Source: Guillardia theta CCMP2712 (lineage: Eukaryota > Protista > Cryptophyta). From it: 60,372 bases of DNA. Shown here one piece after another: positions 11,115 to 22,272 of the stretch (positions are counted from its first letter, which is position 1; each line of letters begins with the position of its first letter). The translations under genes and the position numbers were made by a program. Below the pieces are notes generated by a model. That model made no database searches and had not been told where the DNA came from. It was given only the letters and a program-made list of their open reading frames with translations. The stretch lies in contig NW_005434661.1 in the NCBI RefSeq assembly GCF_000315625.1, positions 1,001,892 to 1,062,263 of the forward strand, in the 5' to 3' direction.

Positions 11115-13345
11115 TCATTCTGATTTCTTCTCTTTTGTCCCCTCTTTCCTTTCGCTCTTCTTCCCTTCCTTCCTCGCGCTCTCTTCCTCTTCCTCCTTGC
11201 CTTGTCCATCTCCTTTCTCCTCCTGCCCGTCCTCGTCTCCTCCGGATTCTTTCGGCTCCTCCCCCAGCGCCTTGTCTGTACTGGCTGCGGCTGGAGGAGG
11301 ATGAAGAGAATCAGCAGCAGGGCTTTGTTCCTCTCCTCCTCCTCCTCCTCCTCCTCCTCCTCCTTGTGTTTGTATGTAGCGCATGAATCGGTTGTGCTGC
11401 TCTTCCATGAATCGCTTGTACTGCTCCATCACAGCTGCCTGCTGCGAGTTTGACTGCCCATTGGCCACCTGCTCCATCCCAGCAGGAAGGATGTACACGG
11501 TTCCAGAGGCTGAAGGCTGCTGTACCGCTGAACCCTCGTGCTCTTCGCTCCTCCCCTCCTCCCTCCTCCCCTCCTCCTCCTCCTCCTCCTCCTCCTCCCC
11601 TGCCTTGTCAGCATTGGAGTTGGGAGGGAGGCTGCTTCGTCTCCGGCTGGCATGGAAGCGATTCTTCATCCAAGCCTTGATGTCCGTCCTTGTCACCCTC
11701 CTCCCTCCCTCCAGCCCGTCCAGCTCCCACGCCAGAGCCTCCCGGTCAGGTCGCTCAGCCTCGGGCATCTCGTAGACCTGCAGGAGGAGGATGAGAGGAC
11801 GTGAGACAGACAAGCGAGAGGTGGGGCAAGGAGGGAGGAAGATCAGAGAAAGGGATGGAGAGTTGAAGGGAGACGTGTGGGGGAAGGGGCAAGGAGGAGG
11901 AAAGAAAGGGAAGGGAGGCCGGCGTCAACCTCTAGGAGGCGCTTGAGTTGAGTGGCGTTATACTCGGATCGTTTTCTCTTCTTTCTCTCCTCTCCTGAGA
12001 ATCTCAGCCGGTTCTTCAGCCATGCCTTGACAGCATTCGCGTCAACTGCCCGCCCTCCTTCCAGCCCGTTGATCTCCTTTGCCACCTCCTCGGCGCTCGG
12101 CCGCTCTGCTGAGTCCATCTGGTAGACCTGGAGGGGAAGGAGAGAGAAAAAGGACAAGTCTTTCAAAATCAAGCCGTTGGGAAAAGGGGGAGCACGATCA
12201 AGCGAAGGTGAGCAGCGGGAGGGGAGCAGGAAGAAGAGGAGAGGAGATAGTCTCACCTGCAGCAGCCTTGCGACCTGAACTTCATTGTAGTCCATTCTTG
12301 GTCTCTTCCCCGCAGCCTCCCCGACATTCTTTGCTTGGTCCAATCCCCTAGCACTCGCCTGCTCACCGAGAGTCTGTGGAAGGAGCCAGGAAGGAGGGGG
12401 AGCGAGGGTCTGACTTCTCATTTGCTTCTTCTTTAGCATCCGCTTCCTTGTTTGCATCCAGGCCAACACGTCGTAGGCTGAGACTTGCCGCCCTCCCTCT
12501 AGCCCGTCAATCTCGCTCGCCAATTTCTCTCGTTCTGGTCGTTTCCCTTCCTCCATCTCAAACACCTGTGGTCTGATATCAGCCCTCCTCCTCCTCCTCT
12601 CTTTCTCTCTCTCTCTCCCCCCTTCTCTCCCCCCCCCTTCTCCCCCCAAGTCTCGTTTGCCTCTCCTCACCTCCACCAGCCTCTTCAACTGTGCGGCATT
12701 GAAGTCTTGTCTCTGCTTTCTCTCGCCTGTTGTGCTTCTCAGCCGCTCCTTTCACCATTCTCGCACGTATGTTTCACCTGGAACCGAAGGAGCCGGCCGA
12801 CATGTTCTCTTGCACGTGTGATACCTGTTCTTCATCCATGCCTTCACAGCCGCTGCATCCACCTGCCTCCCTCCTTCTAGTCCATCGAGCTCCTTCGCTA
12901 GCACCTGTCGGTCTGGCCGTTTCGATTCGTCCATCTCATACACCTGTACACGTTTCATCTCCTGACCTTTCCTCTCTTCTCCTCTTCCTAGTCCTCAGGT
13001 TCTCTCCCCTCCTCTGTTCCTTCAGCAAGACTTCACCTGCCTCCCTCTTCTCACCTCTATCAGTCGCTTGAGCTGAGCTGTGTTGAAGTCTGACCTCAGC
13101 CGTTTCTTCCTGTCCGGCCCTCGAGCGAAGGGCTGCTGACCGTTGGGGAGAGCGAGAACAACTTGGCCGGGCAAGGGAGCGTTCCAACCTGCAGGATTCG
13201 AAGAGTTTGCCGAGGAGAGATCCACGGGAATCATGAAAGCCGAATTGATCTGGAGGCGAATATCTTCAACTCCACGTCAAGTACACTCTTTGCATCACCA
13301 TGGTCGCGTTTTGATTCGATTGCTCGCCATCTGCTGCATCTGTAG
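11115..13345 (-). CDS. Protein with four tandem divergent homeodomains (5' end uncertain, may extend to about 13600)
   Basis: Four repeats of RxR-(D/E)(F/Y)NxxQ(L/V)xRLxE|V(Y/F)xM....RP.....LAxE(L/I)xGLEGGRxV....(V/I)xAW(M/L)(K/Q)(N/T)R; acidic/Gly-rich C-terminus. Confidence 0.75.
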
Positions 13346-14871
13346 ACAACAATCACACGAGCAAGCAAGTAGTCAGCTGCACCTGACGGTTTTTCGCTCT
13401 GTTCTGCATTGCTGACAGAATCACCTGACCAAACAGTTTGAAATCAAATTGAGGACCTGCTCTCCTATTCTCAACGGCACAACACTCTGAATACACTTGT
13501 CGCTCTCTGACTCGCTCGCCATCAGGTTCTCCAAGAACCGTTTCGTTCTCGACACATCTACACCACTTCACGAAAGCTTCTCCATGCTCTCAATATTTCT
13601 CATGTTCTGTTCTGATCCATTTCCTCTGCATGTCCAGGTGTGCAGCCTTTCTCGCATCCTGCCCCTATCATTGTTCTGATTCTCTGATGCAACATACAGG
13701 ATCTTTCACGTCGTGTCACTTCCTTGCTTCTACCTCCTCATCACATTTTTCTTTCCATTAGATCCCGAAGCTCCATTTCCATTTGTCCGCAAGAAAGTTT
13801 TGTACATGGTCCCTCTCCTTTGCTCTGATCTCTCTGCCCTGCTTATGTGCTGTAGTAGCCTCCCAGCTCCTTGCTACGTTCTCCCTTCATCCATTCCCTC
13901 CTCCTCCTTCCATGTCCCCCTCCCTCGCTCCTTTTTCGCCGAAGTACCTTCGGCTTGGTTCGCCATGGTGCGTCTTTACAATCAGTTTTTGGATTTTTTA
14001 CTGCTACCAAGATAAAATGTTGAATAAACACAACCTCAATAACTTTGTATGGACTATTTATTTACATGGTACAGTAGTTTTTACAAATAGATGTAAAAAC
14101 TTCACAACTGTACCATTCTAAAACGAAAGTATGAATGGCTGTTTTTAAAACTTGACCGTAACGATTATAACGGCGAAGGCATTGAATTGAAGGGGTGGTG
14201 GGGGGCTGGTTTCACAGCCTGGGGTGGGTGGTAAAATGAGCGAAAAGGTAGGGTGACGAATATTTCAATAATCCAGGGTGGGGGTAGGAATCAAAGGGGG
14301 GTGGGGTAGTCCAAATTTGTGGTTCAAAAATCTGTCGTTGAGGCCCAGGGCATGGCGGGACAGAGAAAGCAGGACAAGAAGGAGAGGGAAGAGGAAGAGA
14401 GAGACGATGAGACAACGGAAGCGAAGATGAATGACACTCAGAAGACGATGAAGATATGATAGAGTGATGGCATGCTCGAAAATGAACGTTGGGGGACCGA
14501 ACTGTTGTGGATTTGAACTAGCGGGTAGCATAGGAATGAGCAGAGGCAACAAGATTCGCAAATGACGAAGGATAAGCTTGATGTAATTATTGAATCTAGA
14601 TCATGATTCAATACTTGAGTGCAGGGTTGAGACAGAAGCCTTTCAATTCCAAGCTGAGTTCCTGTGATGATGTAGTGTATTATGCATACAACTGAGCAAA
14701 AATCCATTTGCAAACTCATGCCAATCACTGAATGTTGTGGATTAGTTTTCAAGCAGTGGAATTTTGTCAAATGTACGTGCACTCACCAAATCATTTTCCT
14801 GGATGACATTTTAGTTTGATTGATGTTGCATCTTCATATCCGTGCCATTTCATGATGACATTCTTGAGCAG

Positions 14872-16656
14872 ATGATAGACCAAGAGTCGCTGAATGCATC
14901 AGTTGACGATTGTATGCCCTTCACTATAGAGGAATTCTCGAAGAGAAATTCAGATCCTCTGCATGAGCTTGACAGCATCTTGAAATACCGCCAGAAGGTT
15001 TCACAGCATGTTTTCATTACCACGTTAGCTAAAACTCATTGTGTGCAGATGGCAGACCAGGATCTTGTCTCTAATGGTCAGAGAGCTACGCCTAGAAGAC
15101 AAGGAACAGGGCGAGAGATCACCACTCGCGGCTTTGAATTCAAGAAGAGAGTTTTCTCCATGCCTCCCCAGCCCCTTGCAGACGTCACTTCCCAGCAGAA
15201 CTCTTCCATTATCCCTAGCCGTGGTCGGAGAACTGGCTTGAAGATTGGTTCCTCAGTTCTCAAGGACAGCTTTGGAATGGAGCGATTGAGTGACTTTTGG
15301 AATGCGGAAGAAATCGAAGCAATGAGGAGGAAGTCGAGTTTGGCTAGCGATGCCAGAGATCGATCCAAGACCAGCATGGACACCGGGCCGCTCTCTGAAT
15401 ACTCAGGGAGGGTTTCGCAGTACTCTCAAGACACCGAATCATCCAATGACAATGATTCCGCGAGTCCGTCTGGCATTTCCAAGCGTTCGGAGTACTTGGC
15501 TGATTGTTCTCAGAGTAGCGGAAAGGCCTCTTTGTCCAGAAATGATGAGAGCCAAGATCAGACCGAGCAGAGCTATGCTGATGCTTCCTGCACATCTGCG
15601 GAGAAGAGTAACGTCAACACGGATGCCTCCAAGCAGTCTATCTCTGAACTGAACTCGCCAAGCGTTGCAGACATGAGTGATGGCTCTCCTGCGATGGATG
15701 CGAGCAAGCGCTTGTCGTTTACAGACTCGGCCGAGAAAACTTCCAAGACCGATGATGCCTCCCCATGCTCCTCTGACGTCAGCTCTCGGCAGCCTCGAGT
15801 TTCGTTTGCAGAATCTGCTATCCGCCGCAAGTCTTCCATTTCGTTCGCTCGAACCCCAGGCACGAAGAATGGAGACACAAGCATGGAAGACTTCGACGTG
15901 GATGATTGCGCTGCAGCAGATTCAGGTGACGAGCAGAATGACGACCAGGACGAGAACCAGTCGATTCAGCAGGAAGAGATCAAGCCCAAGAAGGCCGCTT
16001 CGAAGAAAAGAGAGCGCGACGATGGCAGGCTTGCTCTTATTGACAGGCTGGACACGATGGGGCGTGCTTCCTATTGCAACACGGACTCGTACGCGCCCAA
16101 GTCCAAGAGGTTGTCAGATGTTGCTCCTCGCCCTGTCATCGAGGATGATGGGAAGAGGAGGAGCAAGCGCAGGAAGATGCGGCCCCTCCAGTACTGGAGG
16201 AATGAGAGGGTGGAATATGCTCGCGAAACAGGTGCTGTCTTGCCAGAGATTGTGGACCTGGTTGTGCGTTCTCCCGAACCCACTCCTTTCCGGCGGAAGA
16301 GATCTAAGGAGGAACAGGCTGTGGAATCCTCTCCAACCAGTGCCAACAGCAAGGCCAAGACAGTGAAGAAAAACAGGAACAAGAATAAGAAGTCCAAGAA
16401 GACATCCTCTCGAGACAACTTGCAGAAGGTTGATGTGGAAGAGGACGAAGATGAGGACGATGCCCCTATCAAGAAGCCCAAGGGCAAGACCGCCTTCTTC
16501 CTCTTCTCTGCAGACAAGATGTGGGAGGTTAAAGAGCAGCACCCCGACTTGTCAATCTCAGAGAGAGCTCAGATCCTCAAGGATCAATGGTTGGATGCTG
16601 ATGAGGCCACTAAGAAGCATTATGAGAGGCAGGCAAAGAATTCAGCCAAAGTGTAG
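14872..16656 (+). CDS. CENP-C: CENP-C/Mif2-like kinetochore protein with a C-terminal HMG box
   Basis: Mif2_N-like GRRTGLKIG...KDSFGMERLSDFW; CENP-C motif RRSKRRKMRPLQYWRNERVEY; HMG box KKPKGKTAFFLFSADKMWEVKEQHPDLSISERAQILKDQW...KKHYERQAK; possible in-frame intron near 14998-15048. Confidence 0.75.
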   Translation: MIDQESLNASVDDCMPFTIEEFSKRNSDPLHELDSILKYRQKVSQHVFITTLAKTHCVQMADQDLVSNGQRATPRRQGTGREITTRGFEFKKRVFSMPPQPLADVTSQQNSSIIPSRGRRTGLKIGSSVLKDSFGMERLSDFWNAEEIEAMRRKSSLASDARDRSKTSMDTGPLSEYSGRVSQYSQDTESSNDNDSASPSGISKRSEYLADCSQSSGKASLSRNDESQDQTEQSYADASCTSAEKSNVNTDASKQSISELNSPSVADMSDGSPAMDASKRLSFTDSAEKTSKTDDASPCSSDVSSRQPRVSFAESAIRRKSSISFARTPGTKNGDTSMEDFDVDDCAAADSGDEQNDDQDENQSIQQEEIKPKKAASKKRERDDGRLALIDRLDTMGRASYCNTDSYAPKSKRLSDVAPRPVIEDDGKRRSKRRKMRPLQYWRNERVEYARETGAVLPEIVDLVVRSPEPTPFRRKRSKEEQAVESSPTSANSKAKTVKKNRNKNKKSKKTSSRDNLQKVDVEEDEDEDDAPIKKPKGKTAFFLFSADKMWEVKEQHPDLSISERAQILKDQWLDADEATKKHYERQAKNSAKV

Positions 16657-17920
16657 TGAAGTCCAAGACGATAAGATAAGACCCAAGACAGAAGAAAGAC
16701 TACTTACTACTTTTATATACATCACTAACTTGTGCTCTTAGTTTTGACCAATAGCTTTCGATTCTGTTTGTAATAAAGCCCATCTGCTAACTTAGTGCAA
16801 GGGATGGGTGGGTGTTTTCCACTTGCCAGTGATAGTCTGTTATCATGTTAGTTCACAGAGCGTTGAAGAAACGATCTCGACCTTGCCATCACAAGTGCCA
16901 TTCACACAGTGAAACTCTGTGGTCGACATAGTTGCCTGATGTAAGCAACATATCAGATTTGAGACGACAGCAGCTTCAACATGCTTACTTGACCGCCTGC
17001 GAAGTCCTTGGCACTGAATTTGGGAAAGTGCATGGCTGGGAACTTCGGAAAGTGCATAGATGGAAACTTGAAGATCATATCTTGAAGCTGAGAGAACATC
17101 CTTCTCAGAATGTGCGGATCAGAATTACTTCAACAAAACACAATTCAGTTCTTGTGTTTAAACAACTATGAGACAAATAGCTCAAACCATGTTGATAATG
17201 TCTGACGCTATCCGACAGGAGACGTAAATCGCTTTGTTTCCGCACATTCTACAAAATATCTCAACCTCATCCTGCACTCATTTCATCTCTACTATTGAAG
17301 GCAACTCATCCATCGATAGCAACCTTGTCATCAAGCTCTATGAATGTAGTACATTCATTCACCCATGGATATTTCACTTGCAACAGAATCTTCTGTCACT
17401 TGAATCCTTGTCACTTATCTCAACGATGTCTCCATCACTCGACTCCATACATGACCCTTCGTCATCGCTCTATCTCTTGCCATCGCTCACTTCGCCATCT
17501 CTGCTCCTCCTCCCTACTGCTGCTGCTGCTTGTCTAAAGCCATGGACCTCAAACGTCCTCAAATAGACTTGGACGCCATTCCCCAGAGGGGCGCGACATT
17601 CCTAAAGTAATTTTAGTTAACATCTATTCTTTTCTATTAACTTAACATTGATAGGTACAGAATGAGATGATTGGGTGGGCGTTTGGACGGTAGCTGTAGT
17701 ACGAAGCACTACCTACGGGAATCCCTGCGATCTACCCTTGGGGTAGAAGTTTCGATTGTTCCTGACTCTTCATAATTTGGTCACAAAGTTCATGTCTTTT
17801 TAATAATAAAACGACAAACTTTCAAATTAAAATACGGTATATTCAAAAAAGTTCAAACATTTTGTAACATCGAAATACCCTCTTTCGAACTTCCTTGCCT
17901 GAAACGTTTCTCACGACTTT

Positions 17921-18030
17921 CGGATACGTTCATGGATAGTTTCCGGATACTTCACCGGATACCTTTACGGATATTTCTTCAGCGGATATTTTCACGGATA
18001 CTTCTTCGGATACTTTTGCGGATACTCTTC
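17921..18030. repeat. Degenerate ~12-bp minisatellite with an invariant GGATA core (9 copies)
   Basis: GGATA at 17922, 17934, 17945, 17957, 17969, 17984, 17996, 18008, 18020. Confidence 0.85.
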
Positions 18031-18440
18031 AAGCCAGCTCCCTCCATGCCGCCAGAGTGGCTCGGACGCGAAAGCTACCATCCTCTCCTCTCCTCCCTCT
18101 TCTCCTCTCCTCCTCCTCCTCCCCCTTCTTCTTCCTCTCCTTCTCCTCGTCATGCTCCTCTGCCCCTCTCTAACTCTTTGCTTCTACTCTCCTCTTCTTC
18201 CTCTTCTCTCCCCCCAACCCCCCGCCTCCTCCTCCTCCGCCCCCCCCCCTCCTCTGCTCCTCCCCCTCCTCCTCTGCCTCCTCTCTACCTTTTTGCTNNN
18301 NNNNNNNNNNNNNNNNNNNNNNNNNNNNNNNNNNNNNNNNNNNNNNNNNNNNNNNNNNNNNNNNNNNNNNNNNNNNNNNNNNNNNNNNNNNNNNNNNCCC
18401 ACCTGCTCAAACTCAGCACTCGATCCTTCGCTCCTTCGAT

Positions 18441-18537
18441 CTGCTCTGCTCTGCTCTGCTCTGCTCTGCTCTGCTCTGCTCTGCTCTGCTCTGCTCTGCT
18501 CTGCTCTGATCTGCTCTGCTCTGCTCTGCTCTGCTCT
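18441..18537. repeat. (CTGCT)n microsatellite
   Basis: Directly visible, next to an N gap. Confidence 0.9.
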
Positions 18538-19081
18538 TTCTTTCTTATCATCCTCTCACCCTTTTCTCCCCCTTGTTGCCTCCTCCTCTTATCATCCCCT
18601 CCGCATCACCTGCTCTCCCTTTCTCTTCTGCTTCTTTGTTCCCTCCTCCACTTTGTCATTTTGCTCCGCCTCTCTGCCTCGCCGCCTTTGTATTCTTCCC
18701 ACCTAATTCCCCCATCATCCTTTCTTATCCCACATATCTACTACCCATCATCTTCCTTCCTCTCCCCTCCTTGTCTTGCATCTTCATCTACTCGCCCTCA
18801 TTCCTGTCTTATACCTCTTCACGGTCATGCTTTGTTTCCCATGTCCACTGCTGCTGCTTCAGCCGCTGCCCCCGTTCGTTGCTTCCTGCTCCTGTGTCCC
18901 TCTTTTTTCAATTTTGGCGCGTCTGCTTACAGCAACACTCCGTCTGACACTCTATGACAGGCTTGTCATGTAGAACCTGCATGCTGTGTTGTTCTCTGCT
19001 ATTTTTTGCCTCCAGCTACCCGACATGAGCGAAGGGTTGCCCTCTCCCTCTCTTTCTCTGCTCTTGTAGGATCCTTCCTCC

Positions 19082-22000
19082 ATGATTCAGCTTTCTAGTG
19101 CTGTGCTCCTCGTGAGACGCTCATGGCTGCTGCTGCTGCTGCTGCTGGTCATGTCAGGGATGGAGGGTGAGGATGGTCAAGTCCTTGCAGTCACGACGCC
19201 ATCGAGCGTGTGGAACATGCCGCCGACAGGACAGACTGCTTTCAAGAAGGTGAGGAACAACCCCGGCCCTCCTCTACGTGCCGATGTCAACTCTGCCGAG
19301 GTTGTGGAGAGAAGTTGTGAGAGGCAGAGCGCGGGGCCGCACAAAGTTGACTATCACCTGGAGTGTGAGGCAAACGGCGCCAAGTGTAGACAGTGGGAGG
19401 GGTTGTCGTGCAGCGAGGTCGACTCGATCCTTCACAACGTGCGGAGGTACGAGCAGTGCTACGCGACTCTAGCAGCTCGCAAGAAGAGGATGAAGGAGAA
19501 TGTCGACATGCAGGAGAGTCAGGAGAGCAAGTCAGCCAAGTTCGAAGACCTCACGTCGGAGGTGAGCAGAATCTCGGGAAACAGCGGCAACCATGCAGAA
19601 CAAGCGTCCCAGGCTCATGCCGTGGCAGCGAGGATGGAGGTGGAGGCTGTACAGTACCCGCAGCAGCAGGTGGATGGAGCAATGCAGAGCAAGCCCTGCT
19701 CCTTTCCAAAGATCGACGTGGACGGTCACATGAAGTACAAGCTCGGCGATGGGCTCGAGCCGACGCCTGCCATCCCGCGCGGAAGGTGGAGGGGGGGAGA
19801 AGAGAAACTTCCACTGACAGGGTGTGGTTGGAAGGTATAAAATCCTCCGATCTCTTGGCTCAGGACTTATGGCAAGTTGNNNNNNNNNNNNNNNNNNNNN
19901 NNNNNNNNNNNNNNNNNNNNNNNNNNNNNNNNNNNNNNNNNNNNNNNNNNNNNNNNNNNNNNNNNNNNNNNNNNNNNNNTCTGACCTTCTCCCTCTTCCC
20001 CTCTCTTCCCCCACCACTCCGTCTTGCTGATTCACTTGGACAGGCCAGCGCCTACTGTGCGGTCAAGGTCGTACGAGCTGTACAGAAATATCGCAATGCT
20101 GCCCAGACAGAGGTCAGAACTTCAACCTTCAAACTTCCTTTCTCCAAACTTCTCTCTACCGCAAACTTTCTCCTCAAGCTCCCTCCAGATCTCTCTCCTG
20201 CAGCAGCTCAGGGGTCAGCACGGGTGCGTGCGGCTGCTGCGGCACTTCGACTATCAGGGCCACATGTATGTCGAGCTTGTTCTGCTTCCTGTCTTGACAC
20301 CCCCGGGCCAGATGTCTGGCGTTTGAACTCCTTGGACCGAATGTTTACGAGATCATGCGTAGGCCCCCTCCTCCCTCCTCGCTTCTGCCTGCACCCACTC
20401 TCTCTCCTCCTCTTCTCCTCTTCTCTCCTCTCCTCTCCTCTCCTCTCCTCTCAACATCTTCTCCTCTCCTGATGCCTCCTCCTGCTGTCTCCCATCCTCC
20501 CTTCTCCATCTTTCTATGTCTTGTCTCGCTTAACAACTCTGTCTCGCTTAACAACTCTCCCTCTCTGCAGGCGCCATGAATTTTCGTCCCTTCAACTGCC
20601 ATGAGATCAAGTTGATCGCTCGGCAGGTGATTCTCACTCTCCACCTCTACAATCCAATCATATTTCTCTTCGCCTTTCCCATCCTCCTCCCTCCCTCCCT
20701 CCCTCCCTCCTCCCTCCTCCCTCCTCCCTCCTCCCTCCTCCCTCCCTCCCTCCCTCCTCCCTCCTCCCTCCTCCCTCCTCCCTCCTCCCCCTATTCTCCA
20801 TATCTTGTGTCTCCTCCCTCCTTCATCAACGTGCTCCTTGTCTCTCCTTCGCTCTCCTTCCTCCCTCCTAGCGCTTCATATGCTCCCTTCTTCCTCCTGT
20901 TCTTCCTGATCCTCCACCAGGTCCTCGAGTCTCTTTGCCTCGTTCACGGTCTCGGCATCATTCACACAGACGTGAAGCCGGAGAACATCCTCCTCCTCGA
21001 GCAGCTGCACAAGAAAGGTCTCCTTGCTCGCCAGGGCTTTCAGCTCCCCGAGCATCAGCTTCGCGTCAAGCTGGTTGACTTCGGCTCTGCGATCCACGAG
21101 TGAGAAAGAGGATGACGAGGGCGGGGGAGCAGGAGCACAAGGACCGGGGGGGAGCAGGGGAGCAGGGAGAGAGATGTGTCCTGACCTGCTTTTACAGCTC
21201 GTGGCATCATCCTTCCATCATCAGCACTCGCCACTACCGCGCTCCTGAAGTCCTCTTGTATGCTCTCGACCTCCTTTTTCTCCTCCTCCCCTCCCTCCCT
21301 CCCCTGCTTCTCCTCCTCCCCTCTTTCTCCCGCATTGTTTCCACTAGATTCTTCGCGTGCCCCCCTCTAAACTTGTACCTTCCTTACCCCACCCCTCCTC
21401 GTGACCTGCTTCCTCGCAGGAATCTGGGGTGGAGCTTCCCCTGCGACTTGTGGTCTCTAGGCTGCATCATCTACGAGCTTTACACCGGAGCTGTGCTCTT
21501 CTCCTTCGTCGACAAGCACGAGCATCTCCTCGCCGTCGAGAAAGTGCTCGGCAGGATCCCGTGAGCTTCTCCCTCCTGACTCCCGTCCTCTCCCTCCTCC
21601 TTTCCCTCCCCTTTTCCGCACTCCTCTCGCTCTGCCCCTCCGCTCTGTCCCGCTTCCCTCGTTTCACTTCCTTCCCTCACCTTGTCACAGCCCGGCGATG
21701 CTGCATGCCTCGGCCAAGGGAGGGGTCGAGGAAGGCATCGTCGCTCACGAGGTCGACCCCTCCAACAGGACGTTTGTCCGCCTCCTCCCTCTCGACCCCA
21801 CGAACCGCATGGCAGCCTGCGCGCTTGCACGTCTGCGACGAATCGAGGAGACGATCAAGGAGGTTAGCCCGTCGATCCCTCCGAATCCCCTCCATCCCCC
21901 CTCCCCCCTCCCCCAATCTTCATGGCCCATCTCCCTCCTTCATCGTGCTCCTCCTTTCACTGCTCCTCTTTCATCTCCTCCGCCTATCCCTGCTCCCTTT

Positions 22001-22189
22001 GCTGCTGCTGCTGCTGCTGCTGCTGCAGCAGCAGCAGCAGCTCCCTCTGCTCCTGCTCCTGCACAATCTACTACTGACTGGGAGGGTGTAGGAGGACTTG
22101 CTGTCCCTCGTCAAGCAGCTCCTCGAGATCGACCCCTCCAGGAGGCTCACAGCAGCGCAGGCCCTTCATCATCCCTTCTTCGCCTCCTG
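19082..22189 (+). CDS. CLK/LAMMER-family dual-specificity kinase, multi-exon, interrupted by an N gap
   Basis: DVDGHMKY, RYKILRSLG, AVKVVRAVQKYRNAAQTE, IHTDVKPENILL, KLVDFGSA, ISTRHYRAPEV, GWSFPCDLWSLGC, EHLLAVEKVLG, DPSRRLTAAQALHHPFF. Confidence 0.88.
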
Positions 22190-22272
22190 ACGTTCATTGT
22201 AAATACGACGAGCAGCCGCGGCTTCTCCTCCTCTAGCGTTCAAATTTAAGTGTCTCCTCCTGTCTTCTCTAG

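Noticed and set aside
16840-17480. Possible small minus-strand gene (MHFPKFPAMHFPKF repeat, CVNGTCDG)
   Set aside because: No consistent exon chain could be built, so it is not reported as a feature
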